The notes below the pieces were generated by a model that ran no database searches, was not told the DNA's origin, and worked only from the letters and a program-made list of their open reading frames with translations. From contig OZ243927.1 in assembly GCA_965213925.1 (NCBI GenBank), forward strand, positions 3,840,001-3,904,000: a DNA stretch of 64,000 nt, written 5' to 3'. The stretch comes from Trueperaceae bacterium (GTDB lineage Bacteria; Deinococcota; Deinococci; Deinococcales; Trueperaceae). Each line of letters begins with the position of its first letter. Positions within the stretch are counted from its first letter, which is position 1. Below are positions 49,626-61,212 of the stretch, piece by piece. The position numbers and the translations under genes are program-made.

Positions 49626-52391
49626 CTAGTTGCCCGGCGCGCCCTGCGGGTCTTCTTGAATGTTTTGCTCGGAGTTAGGGACAGGCTCCTCGACGGTTGG
49701 CGCTGCCGTTTCTCCAGTGGCGGGCGGCGCAGTTTCGGCGGGAGCGGACTCGTTGGTTGGCTCGACCGACTCGACCTCGGGTCCAGGCGTGACCGTCTCG
49801 GGGCGTCCCGGCGAGGTCTGCGCGGGCTTGCCAGGGCCGCCTGCGCCGGGAATGGTGGAGTCGGGAATCACAGGAATACCCCTTTCAGTTGCGCCCGGCG
49901 TGTCGGGTACGAAAGAGTCTTCCATATAGACCGCGAAGGGGTCGGTGACGTTGACGACTTCGCTCGGTCCTTTGTAGAAGATCGGCAAAACGTAGACGAA
50001 CAAGAGGACGAAAATCCACACCACATCGACCATGTGCCAGTACGCAACGGGGGCAGAGACGCCCGCGTGAATCTTAGGCGAGTACGCGCCGCGCATCCCT
50101 CTAACGAAGGCGACCGCCAACATAAAGAGCCCGATAACCACGTGGAGCATGTGTAAGCCCGTGATGGCGAAGAAGGCGGAGTAGTAGAGGTTCTCGCGCG
50201 GGTCGATGTGGGAAATAATCTCAGCCCACTCGATGCCCGTAATCCCCAAGAAGATCGCGCCGAAGCCGAGCGTCGCGGCTAAGAGACCTAAGAAGGTCTT
50301 GCGCTTATTGTGCATGAGGTCGTGGTGGGCGACGTGAACGGTGATCGAACTCGAGACCAAGAAGAGCGTGTTGAGGAGCGCCAGCGTCACCGAAGGTAAC
50401 TCTTCAGGGAAGGCGAAGCGTCCGGTGAAGTAGAGGTAGAAGTACGCGGAGAAGACCATTGCGAAGAGCGCAGCTTCCGAGCCTAAGAACCAGTACGTCG
50501 CCATCATGCCGTTGCCCATTTTGGTGCGGTTATGGTGCTCGACCTCTAACTCGACCTCTTCGCTCTCAAAGGCTTGCTCTCCCGCCCATAGCACCATCGC
50601 GAAGAGCGATATGCCCAAGCCTACGATCCAGAGCGGTCCTTGCATGACCAACCCGGCTAGGAAGACCGTCAGCCCGACCGAGGTGATAAAGGGCCAAATG
50701 CTCGGTTTCGGCAGGTGAATGTCAGAGGGACGCAAGGTCGCCTCTTCACCAACGGGCCACAAACCCATCTTCTGCCAGTCGTACAAGGGGCGCTCACTGC
50801 GGAATTCGGTGGGGAGTTCGACGCCGAAATTGTATTCGGCGGGAGGGCTGGTGGTGGCCCACTCGAGCGTATAGCCGTACTTCCAGGGGTTCGGTCCGGC
50901 GGTTTTAGGTCCGCGCAAACTTACAACGACGTTGTAGATGAAGAGCAAGAAGCCCGCTGCCAACATGACCGAGCCCAAGGACGAGAGCCCGTTCCAAATC
51001 TCCCAGCCGATGCCCTCGGCGTAGGTGTAGATGCGGCGCGGCATACCCAAAAGACCTAGGATGTACTGTGGGAAGTACGTCACCATGAAGCCCACGAACC
51101 AGAGCCAGAAGAGCCACTTGCCCATGCGCTCGTCCAAGAACTTGCCCGTCATCTTAGGGAACCAGTAAAAGGTGCCCGCCATGACGATGAAGATGGAACC
51201 GCCGATCAGCACGTTGTGAAAGTGCGCCACGACGAAATAGGAGTCGTGCATCTGCCAGGTGAAAGGCACGATAGCGAGCGCGACGCCCGAGATGCCGCCG
51301 ATGGTGAAGAGAAAGATAAAGCCCAAGGACATAAGCATCGCCGTGTTGAAGACGATTTTCCCCTTCCAGATCGTGGCGAGCCAGTTGAAAATCTTCACGC
51401 CTGTAGGCACCGCGACGAGCATCGTGGTGAAGGCGAAGACCGAGTTCATCAGCGGGCTACCCATCGAGGTGAACATGTGGTGCGCCCACACGAGGTAGCT
51501 GACCAGAGCGATACCCATCGTCGCGCCCGCCAGTGCGGTGTAGCCGAAAATCGGCTTGCGCGTGAACGTAGGCAAAATTTCCGAGACGATGCCGAACCAG
51601 GGCAGCACCATGATGTAGACCGCTGGGTGCGAGTAGAACCAGAAGAGGTGCTGGTACAAGACGGGGTCGCCGCCGATGGCAGGGTTGAACAAGCTGATAC
51701 CAATGGTGCGGTCCAAAAAGGTCATCATCGTTGCAGCGGTGACGCCGGGCGTCGCCAAGACCTGTAAGAACGAGGTGGCGAGAATCGTCCAGCCGAACAT
51801 CGGCAGTTGCCGCCAGCCCATGCCCGGCGTGCGGAGGTTGACGATGGTGACAATGAAATTGATACCCGCAAAGATGGACGAGAAGCCGACGAGCTGCAAG
51901 CCTAAAATCCAGGTGTCCATCCCTGCGCCGACCTGATAATCCGAACTCGAGAACGGGAAGTACGACACCCAGCCGCCCTCGGAGAAGCCGCCGAAAAGCG
52001 GCGCGGAGTAGATCAGCAAGCCGCCGAAGAGGTACAACCAGTACCCGAAAGCGTTCATGCGCGGCAGCGCCATGTCCCGTGCGCCGATCATCAGCGGGAT
52101 GAAGTAGTTGCCGAACGCCGCCGCGATGGGGATGATGAACAAAAACTGCATCGTCGTGCCGTGTGCCGTTAAGATTTGGTTATAGAACTCGCCTACGAGC
52201 ACGTCCATGTTCGGGCGCGACAACTGCAAGCGGATGAGAAGCGCTTCGATGCCGCCAATGCCGAAGAAGACAAAGGCTGTAATGAGATACATCAGCCCGA
52301 CTTTCTTGTGGTCAACGGTCGTTAAGAGGTCTAGCCAGACGGGTTTAGAGCGGCCCTCCTGCGCGCTCTGCCCTGCGGAAATACTGCTCAT
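49626..52391 (-). CDS. Cytochrome c oxidase subunit I+III fusion (caa3, type A2) with Pro/Glu/Thr-rich tail
   Basis: HGTTM, FWFYSHPAVY (YS motif), WAHHM, VAHFH; subunit III SEAALF, TGLHMLHV, YWHMVD. Confidence 0.95.
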   Translation of the reverse strand: MSSISAGQSAQEGRSKPVWLDLLTTVDHKKVGLMYLITAFVFFGIGGIEALLIRLQLSRPNMDVLVGEFYNQILTAHGTTMQFLFIIPIAAAFGNYFIPLMIGARDMALPRMNAFGYWLYLFGGLLIYSAPLFGGFSEGGWVSYFPFSSSDYQVGAGMDTWILGLQLVGFSSIFAGINFIVTIVNLRTPGMGWRQLPMFGWTILATSFLQVLATPGVTAATMMTFLDRTIGISLFNPAIGGDPVLYQHLFWFYSHPAVYIMVLPWFGIVSEILPTFTRKPIFGYTALAGATMGIALVSYLVWAHHMFTSMGSPLMNSVFAFTTMLVAVPTGVKIFNWLATIWKGKIVFNTAMLMSLGFIFLFTIGGISGVALAIVPFTWQMHDSYFVVAHFHNVLIGGSIFIVMAGTFYWFPKMTGKFLDERMGKWLFWLWFVGFMVTYFPQYILGLLGMPRRIYTYAEGIGWEIWNGLSSLGSVMLAAGFLLFIYNVVVSLRGPKTAGPNPWKYGYTLEWATTSPPAEYNFGVELPTEFRSERPLYDWQKMGLWPVGEEATLRPSDIHLPKPSIWPFITSVGLTVFLAGLVMQGPLWIVGLGISLFAMVLWAGEQAFESEEVELEVEHHNRTKMGNGMMATYWFLGSEAALFAMVFSAYFYLYFTGRFAFPEELPSVTLALLNTLFLVSSSITVHVAHHDLMHNKRKTFLGLLAATLGFGAIFLGITGIEWAEIISHIDPRENLYYSAFFAITGLHMLHVVIGLFMLAVAFVRGMRGAYSPKIHAGVSAPVAYWHMVDVVWIFVLLFVYVLPIFYKGPSEVVNVTDPFAVYMEDSFVPDTPGATERGIPVIPDSTIPGAGGPGKPAQTSPGRPETVTPGPEVESVEPTNESAPAETAPPATGETAAPTVEEPVPNSEQNIQEDPQGAPGN

Positions 52392-53544
52392 TGATCACCT
52401 CTCGAGGTCAGAGAATTAGCGTCTATAGTGGTGGTGTTCGGTGCTGTTTCAGGTGCTGCGGCGTCCTCTAGGTCCATCATGGAGCGCACATCAACGTCAG
52501 GTAAGGTGAGCGTCTCGAGATACGCCGTCAACGCTTCCGCTTCCTCCTGCGTCAAGCCTAAGTTGGGCATCGCGACGCCCGGCTTGACCGTATCGGTGTA
52601 GCGGAGCCAGCGGATCATATTCTCGGGGGTGTTCTCCAACATCCCCGCCGCGATGCTCGTGCGGCTGCCGATGTGCGAGAGGTCCGGGCCGACGCGGTTA
52701 TAGGTATTCACACCCTGCACCGCGTGGCAGTTGACGCAGCCTTTCGAGATGAAGAGCTGGCTGCCCTCTTGCACCAATGGGCTCTGCGCGGACACCTGCG
52801 TCGCGACGGTGGCGGGCTGCTTCGCTGCAACCGCCCAAGCATTGTATTGCTCTTGGGACATCGCCACGACGCGCAGGCGCATGTTCGCGTGCGAGTCGCC
52901 GCACAGCTCGGCGCACTGACCGTAGTAAACGCCTTCTTTTTCAGCCGTGAAGTAGAGCGTGCGTTTGTTGCCGGGAATAAGGTCCACCTTGCCCGCCATC
53001 TGCGGAATCCAGAAGGAGTGCATCACGTCTTCCGAGGCGAGGTTGACCTTGACGGCGCGTCCTACGGGGACGACCAACTCGTTCGCGGTGACGACCTCTT
53101 CGTCCAAGTACGCCATTTCCCACCAGAACTGCTTACCAACGACGTTCACTTCGATGGCGTCGTCGGGAGCGGAAATCGCGTCGAGGTTGTAGATAGAGCC
53201 CAAGGTAGGCACGAGCAACACAGCTAAGATAATCAGAGGAATGACGGTCCAGGCGACCTCGAGCTTCAAGTTGCCGTGCGTCTGCGGCGGCTCTTCGTCC
53301 GAATGCACGTCGCGGTCACGAAACGCGCCGACGATGCCCGCGATCATGAACGCGGTGACGATGATCATCACAAAGGTGCTGAAACCGACGACGAGCCAGA
53401 ACAGCCACGCGATCTCCTCCGCCTGCGGCGACGCTGGGTTAAGGATATTGGGCAGCGACGATAGAGCCCCGTAGGGTCCCTCGTCCGTCGCCGCTAACGC
53501 GAGCGGCAGCGCTAATAAAAAGGTAAAATTTTGAAATATTTCAC
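52388..53544 (-). CDS. coxB: Cytochrome c oxidase subunit II fused to cytochrome c; 1-nt frameshift in signal peptide
   Basis: CuA HSFW...CAELCGDSHANM; heme c CVNCH; RBS-linked GTG at 53544 is out of frame at T5 run 53517-53521. Confidence 0.92.
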
Positions 53545-53555
53545 AAACACTCCCG

Positions 53556-54476
53556 TTACAGTGAGGTGAAGGCGCGGTCCAGCGCCATCGTCAAGAAGAT
53601 TAGGGCTAAGTACGACATCGAATATTTGTAGAGGCTTAGGGCGGTAGGGCGGTCGATTGGCTGGTCGTTACGCACCAACACGAAGAGCCGCGCAACACGT
53701 ACGAGTAACACAATATTCAGCAACAAGGCTGCAAGAAAGTACGCAACGCTGAACTCGTGAAGCGCGAAAGGGATGATCGTCAGTACGGCGGTGAGCACCG
53801 CGTACATCACCATCTGCATGACGGTCGCTCGCTCGCCGATCACCACTGGAGCCATCGGCACGCCCACCGCCGCGTAATCATCCTTAATCATGAGCGCTAG
53901 CGCCCAGAAGTGGACGGGCGTCCAGAGGAAAACGAGTCCGAACAAAAACCACGCCAGGAGGCTCAGCTCGCCCGTGACCGCCGCCCAGCCGACGAGGGGC
54001 GGAATCGCGCCCGCCGCGCCGCCGATAACGATGTTCTGCCAGGTGCTCCTCTTGAGCCACATCGTATAGATAATGACGTAGAAGGCGATGCCCGCCCAGG
54101 AGAGGAGCGCCGCTAGAACGGTCGAGGTGAGCGCGATGATGACGAACGAGCCGAGCGTGAGGACCGCAGCGAAGAGAAGCGCGTGCGAGTTTGAGATCAC
54201 CGATGTGACCGTCGGGCGCTTCGCGGTGCGGCGCATCCGCACGTCGATATCGCTGTCGTAGACCATATTGAAGACACCCGCCGCGCCCGCCGACATGTAG
54301 CCGCCCACAAGCACACCGAGCAGCGGGACAATTCCAGGAAAACCCCGCGCCGCCACGAACATCGCGCCGACTGTCGTGAAAAGGAGCAAGCTGATAACTT
54401 TGGGTTTGGTCAGCGTAACATAGTCGCGCCAGGTAGCTCTAGCGATTGGAGCGGGTTGTATTTGTGGTTGGCTCAT
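53556..54476 (-). CDS. ctaB: Heme o synthase (protoheme IX farnesyltransferase)
   Basis: LTKPKV, NMVYDSDID..M.RT..RP, NIVIGGAAGA.PPL.GW, WTPVHFWAL. Confidence 0.95.
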   Translation of the reverse strand: MSQPQIQPAPIARATWRDYVTLTKPKVISLLLFTTVGAMFVAARGFPGIVPLLGVLVGGYMSAGAAGVFNMVYDSDIDVRMRRTAKRPTVTSVISNSHALLFAAVLTLGSFVIIALTSTVLAALLSWAGIAFYVIIYTMWLKRSTWQNIVIGGAAGAIPPLVGWAAVTGELSLLAWFLFGLVFLWTPVHFWALALMIKDDYAAVGVPMAPVVIGERATVMQMVMYAVLTAVLTIIPFALHEFSVAYFLAALLLNIVLLVRVARLFVLVRNDQPIDRPTALSLYKYSMSYLALIFLTMALDRAFTSL

Positions 54477-55540
54477 CTCACCGCTTTCTTGGCGTATGAC
54501 TTGGTGGAGGGTTCGGCTCGAGGATTGAATGAAGGATGAGTAACGGTGACGGGGCTTCCTAAAGCGTAGATACCCAGCGCCGCGAGTAGCCCGAAGGCGA
54601 GCACGGCGGTGAAGAGGTGCGCGAGCTGTAAGACCGTAGGCGCGAGAAAGGCGAGGTTGGCGCTGCCGATGACGAGCTGAACGATATAGACGCCGAGCAG
54701 CGCTTGGGCGAGCCGCTTCGCCTTGAGCACGGGCTTGAGCCACCAGCTCAGCCCCAAGCTCAGGAAGAGGTACACACCGACGGTAATCGCGATGAGCGGG
54801 TGCAGGATGCGCAAACGAATGAGGAGGTGCGAGGATGCGTCGAAGTCAGCGGCGAGACCCGCCGCGAGACTTTCAGAAGGGAACATCGTGTTGCCCATCG
54901 CCGCGATGCCGCCTGAAAAGCTCAGCACGAGCATCCCGACCAAACCGACGCCGAGCACGGTGGCGAGCATTCCTTGACCGCGCAGTTTAGGTAGTCCGAG
55001 TGTTCTATCTCTGGCGTAGACGAGCGTCGCGGTAAGCGCCCCGACGAGGAGCAGCGAGTTGACCAGGTGAGAGGCGACCATGAGACCTCTTCCTACCGTC
55101 GCGTTGTCACCCGTCAAGCCGAGCAGCACCGTCGCCGCGCCTAAAAGAGCTTCAAAGATGAGAAAGACGAACGAAGCGAGCGCCGCACCCCACAGCGCGG
55201 GTCTTTCTTTGCGCATGCGCCACGCGGCGATGAGGAGCCACGCACCGATAAGGAGCGCGCCGAGCGAGAGCAGACGGTGGGAGAACTCGATGAGCGTTTC
55301 GGTACTGGGCGCGAGCGGCACGACCTCACCGTTACAAAGGGGCCAGTGGCTGCCGCAACCCGCCCCAGAGCCCGTTGCACGGACGACTGCGCCTTGCAGA
55401 ATCACGATGAGGTTGACGCCTAGCGCTGTCCACGCCAGCGTACCCATAGAGACCCCTGCACGTAGACGCTTCAACACGCGCTCCTTCTTTGTATTTGTCT
55501 TAACATCTCTTACTCCCTCTATAAAGCTACGCCAACGCAT
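54473..55540 (-). CDS. ctaA: Heme a synthase
   Basis: GAVVRATGSGAGC..HWPLC, IEFSHR, conserved His; start uncertain. Confidence 0.9.
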   Translation of the reverse strand: MRWRSFIEGVRDVKTNTKKERVLKRLRAGVSMGTLAWTALGVNLIVILQGAVVRATGSGAGCGSHWPLCNGEVVPLAPSTETLIEFSHRLLSLGALLIGAWLLIAAWRMRKERPALWGAALASFVFLIFEALLGAATVLLGLTGDNATVGRGLMVASHLVNSLLLVGALTATLVYARDRTLGLPKLRGQGMLATVLGVGLVGMLVLSFSGGIAAMGNTMFPSESLAAGLAADFDASSHLLIRLRILHPLIAITVGVYLFLSLGLSWWLKPVLKAKRLAQALLGVYIVQLVIGSANLAFLAPTVLQLAHLFTAVLAFGLLAALGIYALGSPVTVTHPSFNPRAEPSTKSYAKKAVR

Positions 55541-55860
55541 CTCAATACCCTCGTATCTTAATACCTTAGTATACGAACTCAGACGCCACTCACCTCTAGG
55601 ACAATTGTCCCCTCCCGCACCCGCTAGCGCGTGTTTATGATAGAGCTTTTGGCGTGTTGGGGACTCTATCTTAGAGGCTCATGCTCGAGCCCGACGTAGG
55701 GTCAAGCGTACCATTTGCTTACTCAGCTATCATGACGCGGGAGCACGTTTCTCAAGGTTCACGTCAGCTTACGCTTACCCACCTCAAAACACAGGTCACA
55801 GTCCTCTTTGCAAGAATTCAAAGTGTGCAATACTCTGCCTAACACTCTCTAGGAGGCACT

Positions 55861-56385
55861 ATGCTCTTACCTCTGCTGCTCTCATCGGTTGCTGCTGGTT
55901 TTATCGCCACCTCGGTCATGGTCTTTTTTCTCTACTTGCCGCTCACCTGGAATGGAGAATTTTATGACGTGCTGGGCGCATTAGGCTCAGCGATCACGCG
56001 GCAAGTCGATGGACGTTCGCGTTTTCTAGGTAGCATCATCTATTTCGCGGGCGGCATCCTCTTCTCTATCTTTTACGGCTGGGTCGTCATGGCGCTCATG
56101 ACCTCGGGCTTTCCCGTGCCTGAACTTATTATCTTTCCGAGCTTCCCGGTCGAAATCAACCTCTTCTATCCGATCCTCGGTCTTGCGCTTGGTTTAGGTC
56201 ACGGTATCTTGGTCGGCTTTCTGGTGACAATCGTCGTTATTGAGCACCATCCTTTAGAAAGGTTTCGCGAGCGTTTTATCCTCGTTATTTCACAGATTAT
56301 TAGTCACATCGCCTTCGGCGTCACCGTGATGTTCTTTCAGCATCAGTTTTTACAGCTTTTCTTCAACATAGGAAGCAACACCTAA
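55861..56385 (+). CDS. Hypothetical membrane protein
   Basis: AGGAGG RBS; 4 hydrophobic segments with His residues. Confidence 0.75.
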   Translation: MLLPLLLSSVAAGFIATSVMVFFLYLPLTWNGEFYDVLGALGSAITRQVDGRSRFLGSIIYFAGGILFSIFYGWVVMALMTSGFPVPELIIFPSFPVEINLFYPILGLALGLGHGILVGFLVTIVVIEHHPLERFRERFILVISQIISHIAFGVTVMFFQHQFLQLFFNIGSNT

Positions 56386-56395
56386 ACCCTTCGCA

Positions 56396-57097
56396 ATGCG
56401 CCTCCTCGCTGTTCTCGCCCACCCTGACGACGAACTCGGTTGCGTCGGCACGCTCGCGAAGCACGCGGCGCGGGGCGACGCCGTCAAGCTCGTCTGGACG
56501 ACCCACGGCGAGTTGGCGAGCCAGTTCGTAGAAGAGTCTGAGGAGGAGGTGCGCCGCGTCCGGCAGGAGCACGGGGCGTGGGTCGCGCAGAAGTTGGGGG
56601 CGAGCTATCAGTTTTTCGACATGGGGGACTCGAGGCTTACGGGCAGCCGCGCCGAAGCCTTGGAGCTAGCGCGGCTCTACGCCGAGTTTAGGCCTGACGC
56701 CGTCGTCACCTGGAGCGACGACCACCCGCACCCCGACCACCGGATGACCGCCAAAATCGCCTTTGATGCAATTACGCTGGCGCGAATTCCGAAAATTCTC
56801 AATGAAGGCTTAGGAGACGACGCTCAACTCGGGGCGCACCGCAAGAGCGTGCGCTTCTACCAGTACCTCTCCTTCGCCTCGCCGACGCGCTACCCTACCG
56901 TTCACGTGGACACGTCCGAGCACATCAGCGTTGCGCTAGACGTCTTCAGGCTCTACCGCGACTTTTACGGCTGGACGCTCACCGCCGAACAGTTCGAGCG
57001 GAGCCGCGCCAATCGGGGGCGAGAGGTCGGGGTGGCTTACGCGGAGGTCTTCGAGGTGCGCGGGCGCTACGCGCCGCCACTGGATTATCTTCACTGA
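56396..57097 (+). CDS. PIG-L/LmbE-family deacetylase
   Basis: AHPDDE, TTHGE, HPHPDH. Confidence 0.9.
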   Translation: MRLLAVLAHPDDELGCVGTLAKHAARGDAVKLVWTTHGELASQFVEESEEEVRRVRQEHGAWVAQKLGASYQFFDMGDSRLTGSRAEALELARLYAEFRPDAVVTWSDDHPHPDHRMTAKIAFDAITLARIPKILNEGLGDDAQLGAHRKSVRFYQYLSFASPTRYPTVHVDTSEHISVALDVFRLYRDFYGWTLTAEQFERSRANRGREVGVAYAEVFEVRGRYAPPLDYLH

Positions 57098-57306
57098 ACG
57101 CGCTCATCCCTAGACGATCTAAAGCGTACGGGTATACTTAAAAACGCACTGGGTGCTAAATTGACGTGACCAATATTAAAGGGAGGCACACGCCTATCTC
57201 ACGCAGGTTCGTCATGATAGACGCATCAGATGTGCTTGCTTGAGGAGCGTCTGGCTGTTAGACTAATACGGTTTGCTCATAGGTTCACTGTCTATGAGCG
57301 ACGCTG

Positions 57307-58389
57307 TTGGAGGACGGAACTGTGATGACGCGCGCTTTAAGTTTATCGCTCCTGCTACTTCTCGCGACCTCATTCGCGCAGGAGACGGGTGACCTCACTA
57401 CCGAGGAGCTGTTGCAACAAGGAGATTTCTACTACGCTAGGGGCGACTGCTTAACGTCACAGTACCTCTTTCAGCGAGCGCTAGAGAAGGAACCGGACAA
57501 TGCAGACGCGATGCTCGGCAAGGGGCGAGCACTCGTCTGCCAGGGCGCGCTAGAGCTGGGCATCGAAGAGTATCAGAGCGTCCTCGACGCCCATCCCGAC
57601 CAGTTAAGCGCATATATCCAGCTCGCCAACGCTTATAGGGAGCAGTACCAAAGTGACCCGGAGCGCTACGCGGGCAGATTGGGAGACGCTTTAGACCTCT
57701 TAGAGCGCGCTGAAGAGATGGGAGAGAGCAACGCGGCACTGAGTAACACGAGGGGCGTGCTGCTCTACGAACAGGGCAACATGGACGGGGCGCAAGCAGC
57801 CCTCGAGAACGCCGTCGCGTTAGAGAGCGACAACGCCAGCTACCAAGCGAACTTGGGCGCGGTGTACCGCAGTGCCGGCGAACTAGAAGAGGCGCTCATC
57901 GCGTTTAAGCGCGCGGTGGTGCTGCAACCCAACAGCGCGAGCTTTCGCAACGACTTGGGGGATATCTACTTCAAGCTAGAACGCTGCGAGGACGCCGAGT
58001 TCGAGCTGCGCCAAGCGGTCGAAATTGACGAGAACTTGCTCGAGGCGAACTTTAACCTCGCGCGCACGCTCTTCGACTGCGGCGAGGTCAGCGCGTCGGT
58101 CCCTTACTTTCAAAAGGTGATCGACATCGACGCGGTCTCGCTGCCGCCCGCCTATACATACTTGGCGAGGGCGTATATCCAGCAGAGCCAACTCGATAGA
58201 GCCGTTACCGAGGCGACCAAGGGCGCACTCTTGCCCCCCGCCAACGCAGAAGCCTACTACTGGCTCGGTCAAGCCTACGAGATACGTGGCGGCGCGGACG
58301 ACCTAGCGAAAGCTAGAGATGCTTACGAACGCGCTTTAGAGATCGACCCCGACTTTGCATCGGCGAGAGAGGCATTAGGTCAACTTTAG
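57307..58389 (+). CDS. Exported tetratricopeptide-repeat protein
   Basis: Signal peptide; multiple TPR patterns (AYYWLGQAY, AYERALEIDP); start 57307-57325. Confidence 0.88.
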   Translation: MEDGTVMTRALSLSLLLLLATSFAQETGDLTTEELLQQGDFYYARGDCLTSQYLFQRALEKEPDNADAMLGKGRALVCQGALELGIEEYQSVLDAHPDQLSAYIQLANAYREQYQSDPERYAGRLGDALDLLERAEEMGESNAALSNTRGVLLYEQGNMDGAQAALENAVALESDNASYQANLGAVYRSAGELEEALIAFKRAVVLQPNSASFRNDLGDIYFKLERCEDAEFELRQAVEIDENLLEANFNLARTLFDCGEVSASVPYFQKVIDIDAVSLPPAYTYLARAYIQQSQLDRAVTEATKGALLPPANAEAYYWLGQAYEIRGGADDLAKARDAYERALEIDPDFASAREALGQL

Positions 58390-58510
58390 GGTTATTCTAT
58401 AGAGTTGACTTTTTAGAGTTGACAACAGGGTCGCTGCGGCAGCGGGATGTCCGCACTGACCCGCAATCTCTACACAAAATTTTCGCTCAACGTCCCGCTT
58501 TGGAGGCTGT

Positions 58511-59443
58511 ATGTCGTATTTGGGAATGAAGCAACTTTTAGAGGCTGGGGTTCACTTCGGTCACGAAACGAAGCGTTGGAACCCCAAGTTCAAGCGTTAT
58601 ATCTTCGCGGAGCGCAACGGTATCTTCATTATCGATCTGCAAAAGACGCTCGTCGAATCAGATAAAGCCTTTAACTATCTGCGCGAAGTCGCGGCGAGAG
58701 GCGGCACGATCCTCTTTGTCGGCACCAAGAAGCAGGCCCAAGAGATTTTGGCGGCGGAGGCGAAGCGCTGCGGGATGCCGTACCTCAACGAGCGTTGGTT
58801 GGGCGGCACGCTGACGAACTTTAAGACGATCCGCAGCCGGGTCGAGCGTCTCAAGGAGTTGGAGAAACAGTTCGAGGACGAGAGCATCTTGCGCTACGGC
58901 AAAAAGGAGCAGATCGAACTCGGCAAAGAGCTGCTGCGTTTACAGCGTTACTTGGGCGGCATCAAAGAGATGAGCCGCTTACCCGACGTGCTCTTCATCG
59001 TCGATCCGACAAAGGAAGCCATCGCGGTGCGCGAGGCGAATAAGCTCGGCATCCCCGTCGTCGCACTCGCCGACACCGACTCCGACCCCGACGTGCTCGA
59101 TTACATCGTGCCCGGTAACGACGACGCGATCCGCTCTATTCAGCTCGTCACGGCGCGCCTAGCCGACTCGATTGTCGAGGTGCGCGGCGGCGCTCAAGCA
59201 GAGAGCGAAGCGCCGAGCGAAGAGGTCCAGGGCGAACAACGCGAAACGCTGCCTACCCCGCTCTCTTCACCAGAGCGTACCATCGCCGAAGCGGCTCAGC
59301 GCGGCGGTCAGGGCAGTGGTGGTCAGCGCAGTGGTGGTCAGCGCAGTGGTGGTCAGGGCAGTGGTGGTCAGGGCAGTGGAGAAGCGGCGCAAGAGGCTCA
59401 AGCTGCGCCCGCAGCTGAGCAAGAAGACACGCAACCCGCTTGA
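58511..59443 (+). CDS. rpsB: 30S ribosomal protein S2 with long C-terminal tail
   Basis: [28 protein letters not shown]. Confidence 0.98.
   Translation: MSYLGMKQLLEAGVHFGHETKRWNPKFKRYIFAERNGIFIIDLQKTLVESDKAFNYLREVAARGGTILFVGTKKQAQEILAAEAKRCGMPYLNERWLGGTLTNFKTIRSRVERLKELEKQFEDESILRYGKKEQIELGKELLRLQRYLGGIKEMSRLPDVLFIVDPTKEAIAVREANKLGIPVVALADTDSDPDVLDYIVPGNDDAIRSIQLVTARLADSIVEVRGGAQAESEAPSEEVQGEQRETLPTPLSSPERTIAEAAQRGGQGSGGQRSGGQRSGGQGSGGQGSGEAAQEAQAAPAAEQEDTQPA
59303..59377 (+). repeat. 15-nt tandem repeat x5 within rpsB
   Basis: GGYGGTCAG(G/C)GCAGT encoding [10 protein letters not shown]. Confidence 0.9.
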
Positions 59444-59574
59444 CCTGAAGCTAGACCGGTACACAACCTTGCAGGGCGACGCCGAGACTTTGGGAGAGTC
59501 TCGGCTGAGCGCTGACGATAAGTCAGAGAAACAAGACTGAGAAATACAAAGAACCATACTGAAAGGGGAATACC

Positions 59575-60872
<1,298 letters not shown>

Positions 60873-61212
60873 TTTGGATATCGATTTCATCATGGTTTTA
60901 ATTTGCGCTTAGCTTAATGTCGGACAAGCTCTGTGACGCGATATAGTAGGTGATACGGTTTCCGGTTAAATACGAAATGTTTATTTCGTACTTGACCCGA
61001 GTGTAACGAGTTGAAAAAAACACGGATTCTGATGAGTTTCACGAAGTACTCCCGACTCCGCAGAAGCGCGTAGCGTCGGGAACGGAAGAAACTCTGCAAG
61101 AGTTTATGCAGTCATCAATCGAAATCCGTATAAAGCATAGCTCGAGTTCTCACGGCTGCGCGCCTCACCGCGCTTCTCTTGAGACAACTCGAGCCAAAGA
61201 AGGAGGCATAAG

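Noticed and set aside
54477..54743. Long N-terminal extension of ctaB in the ORF track
   Set aside because: Overlaps ctaA; ATG at 54476 overlapping the ctaA stop (ATGA) is the natural start
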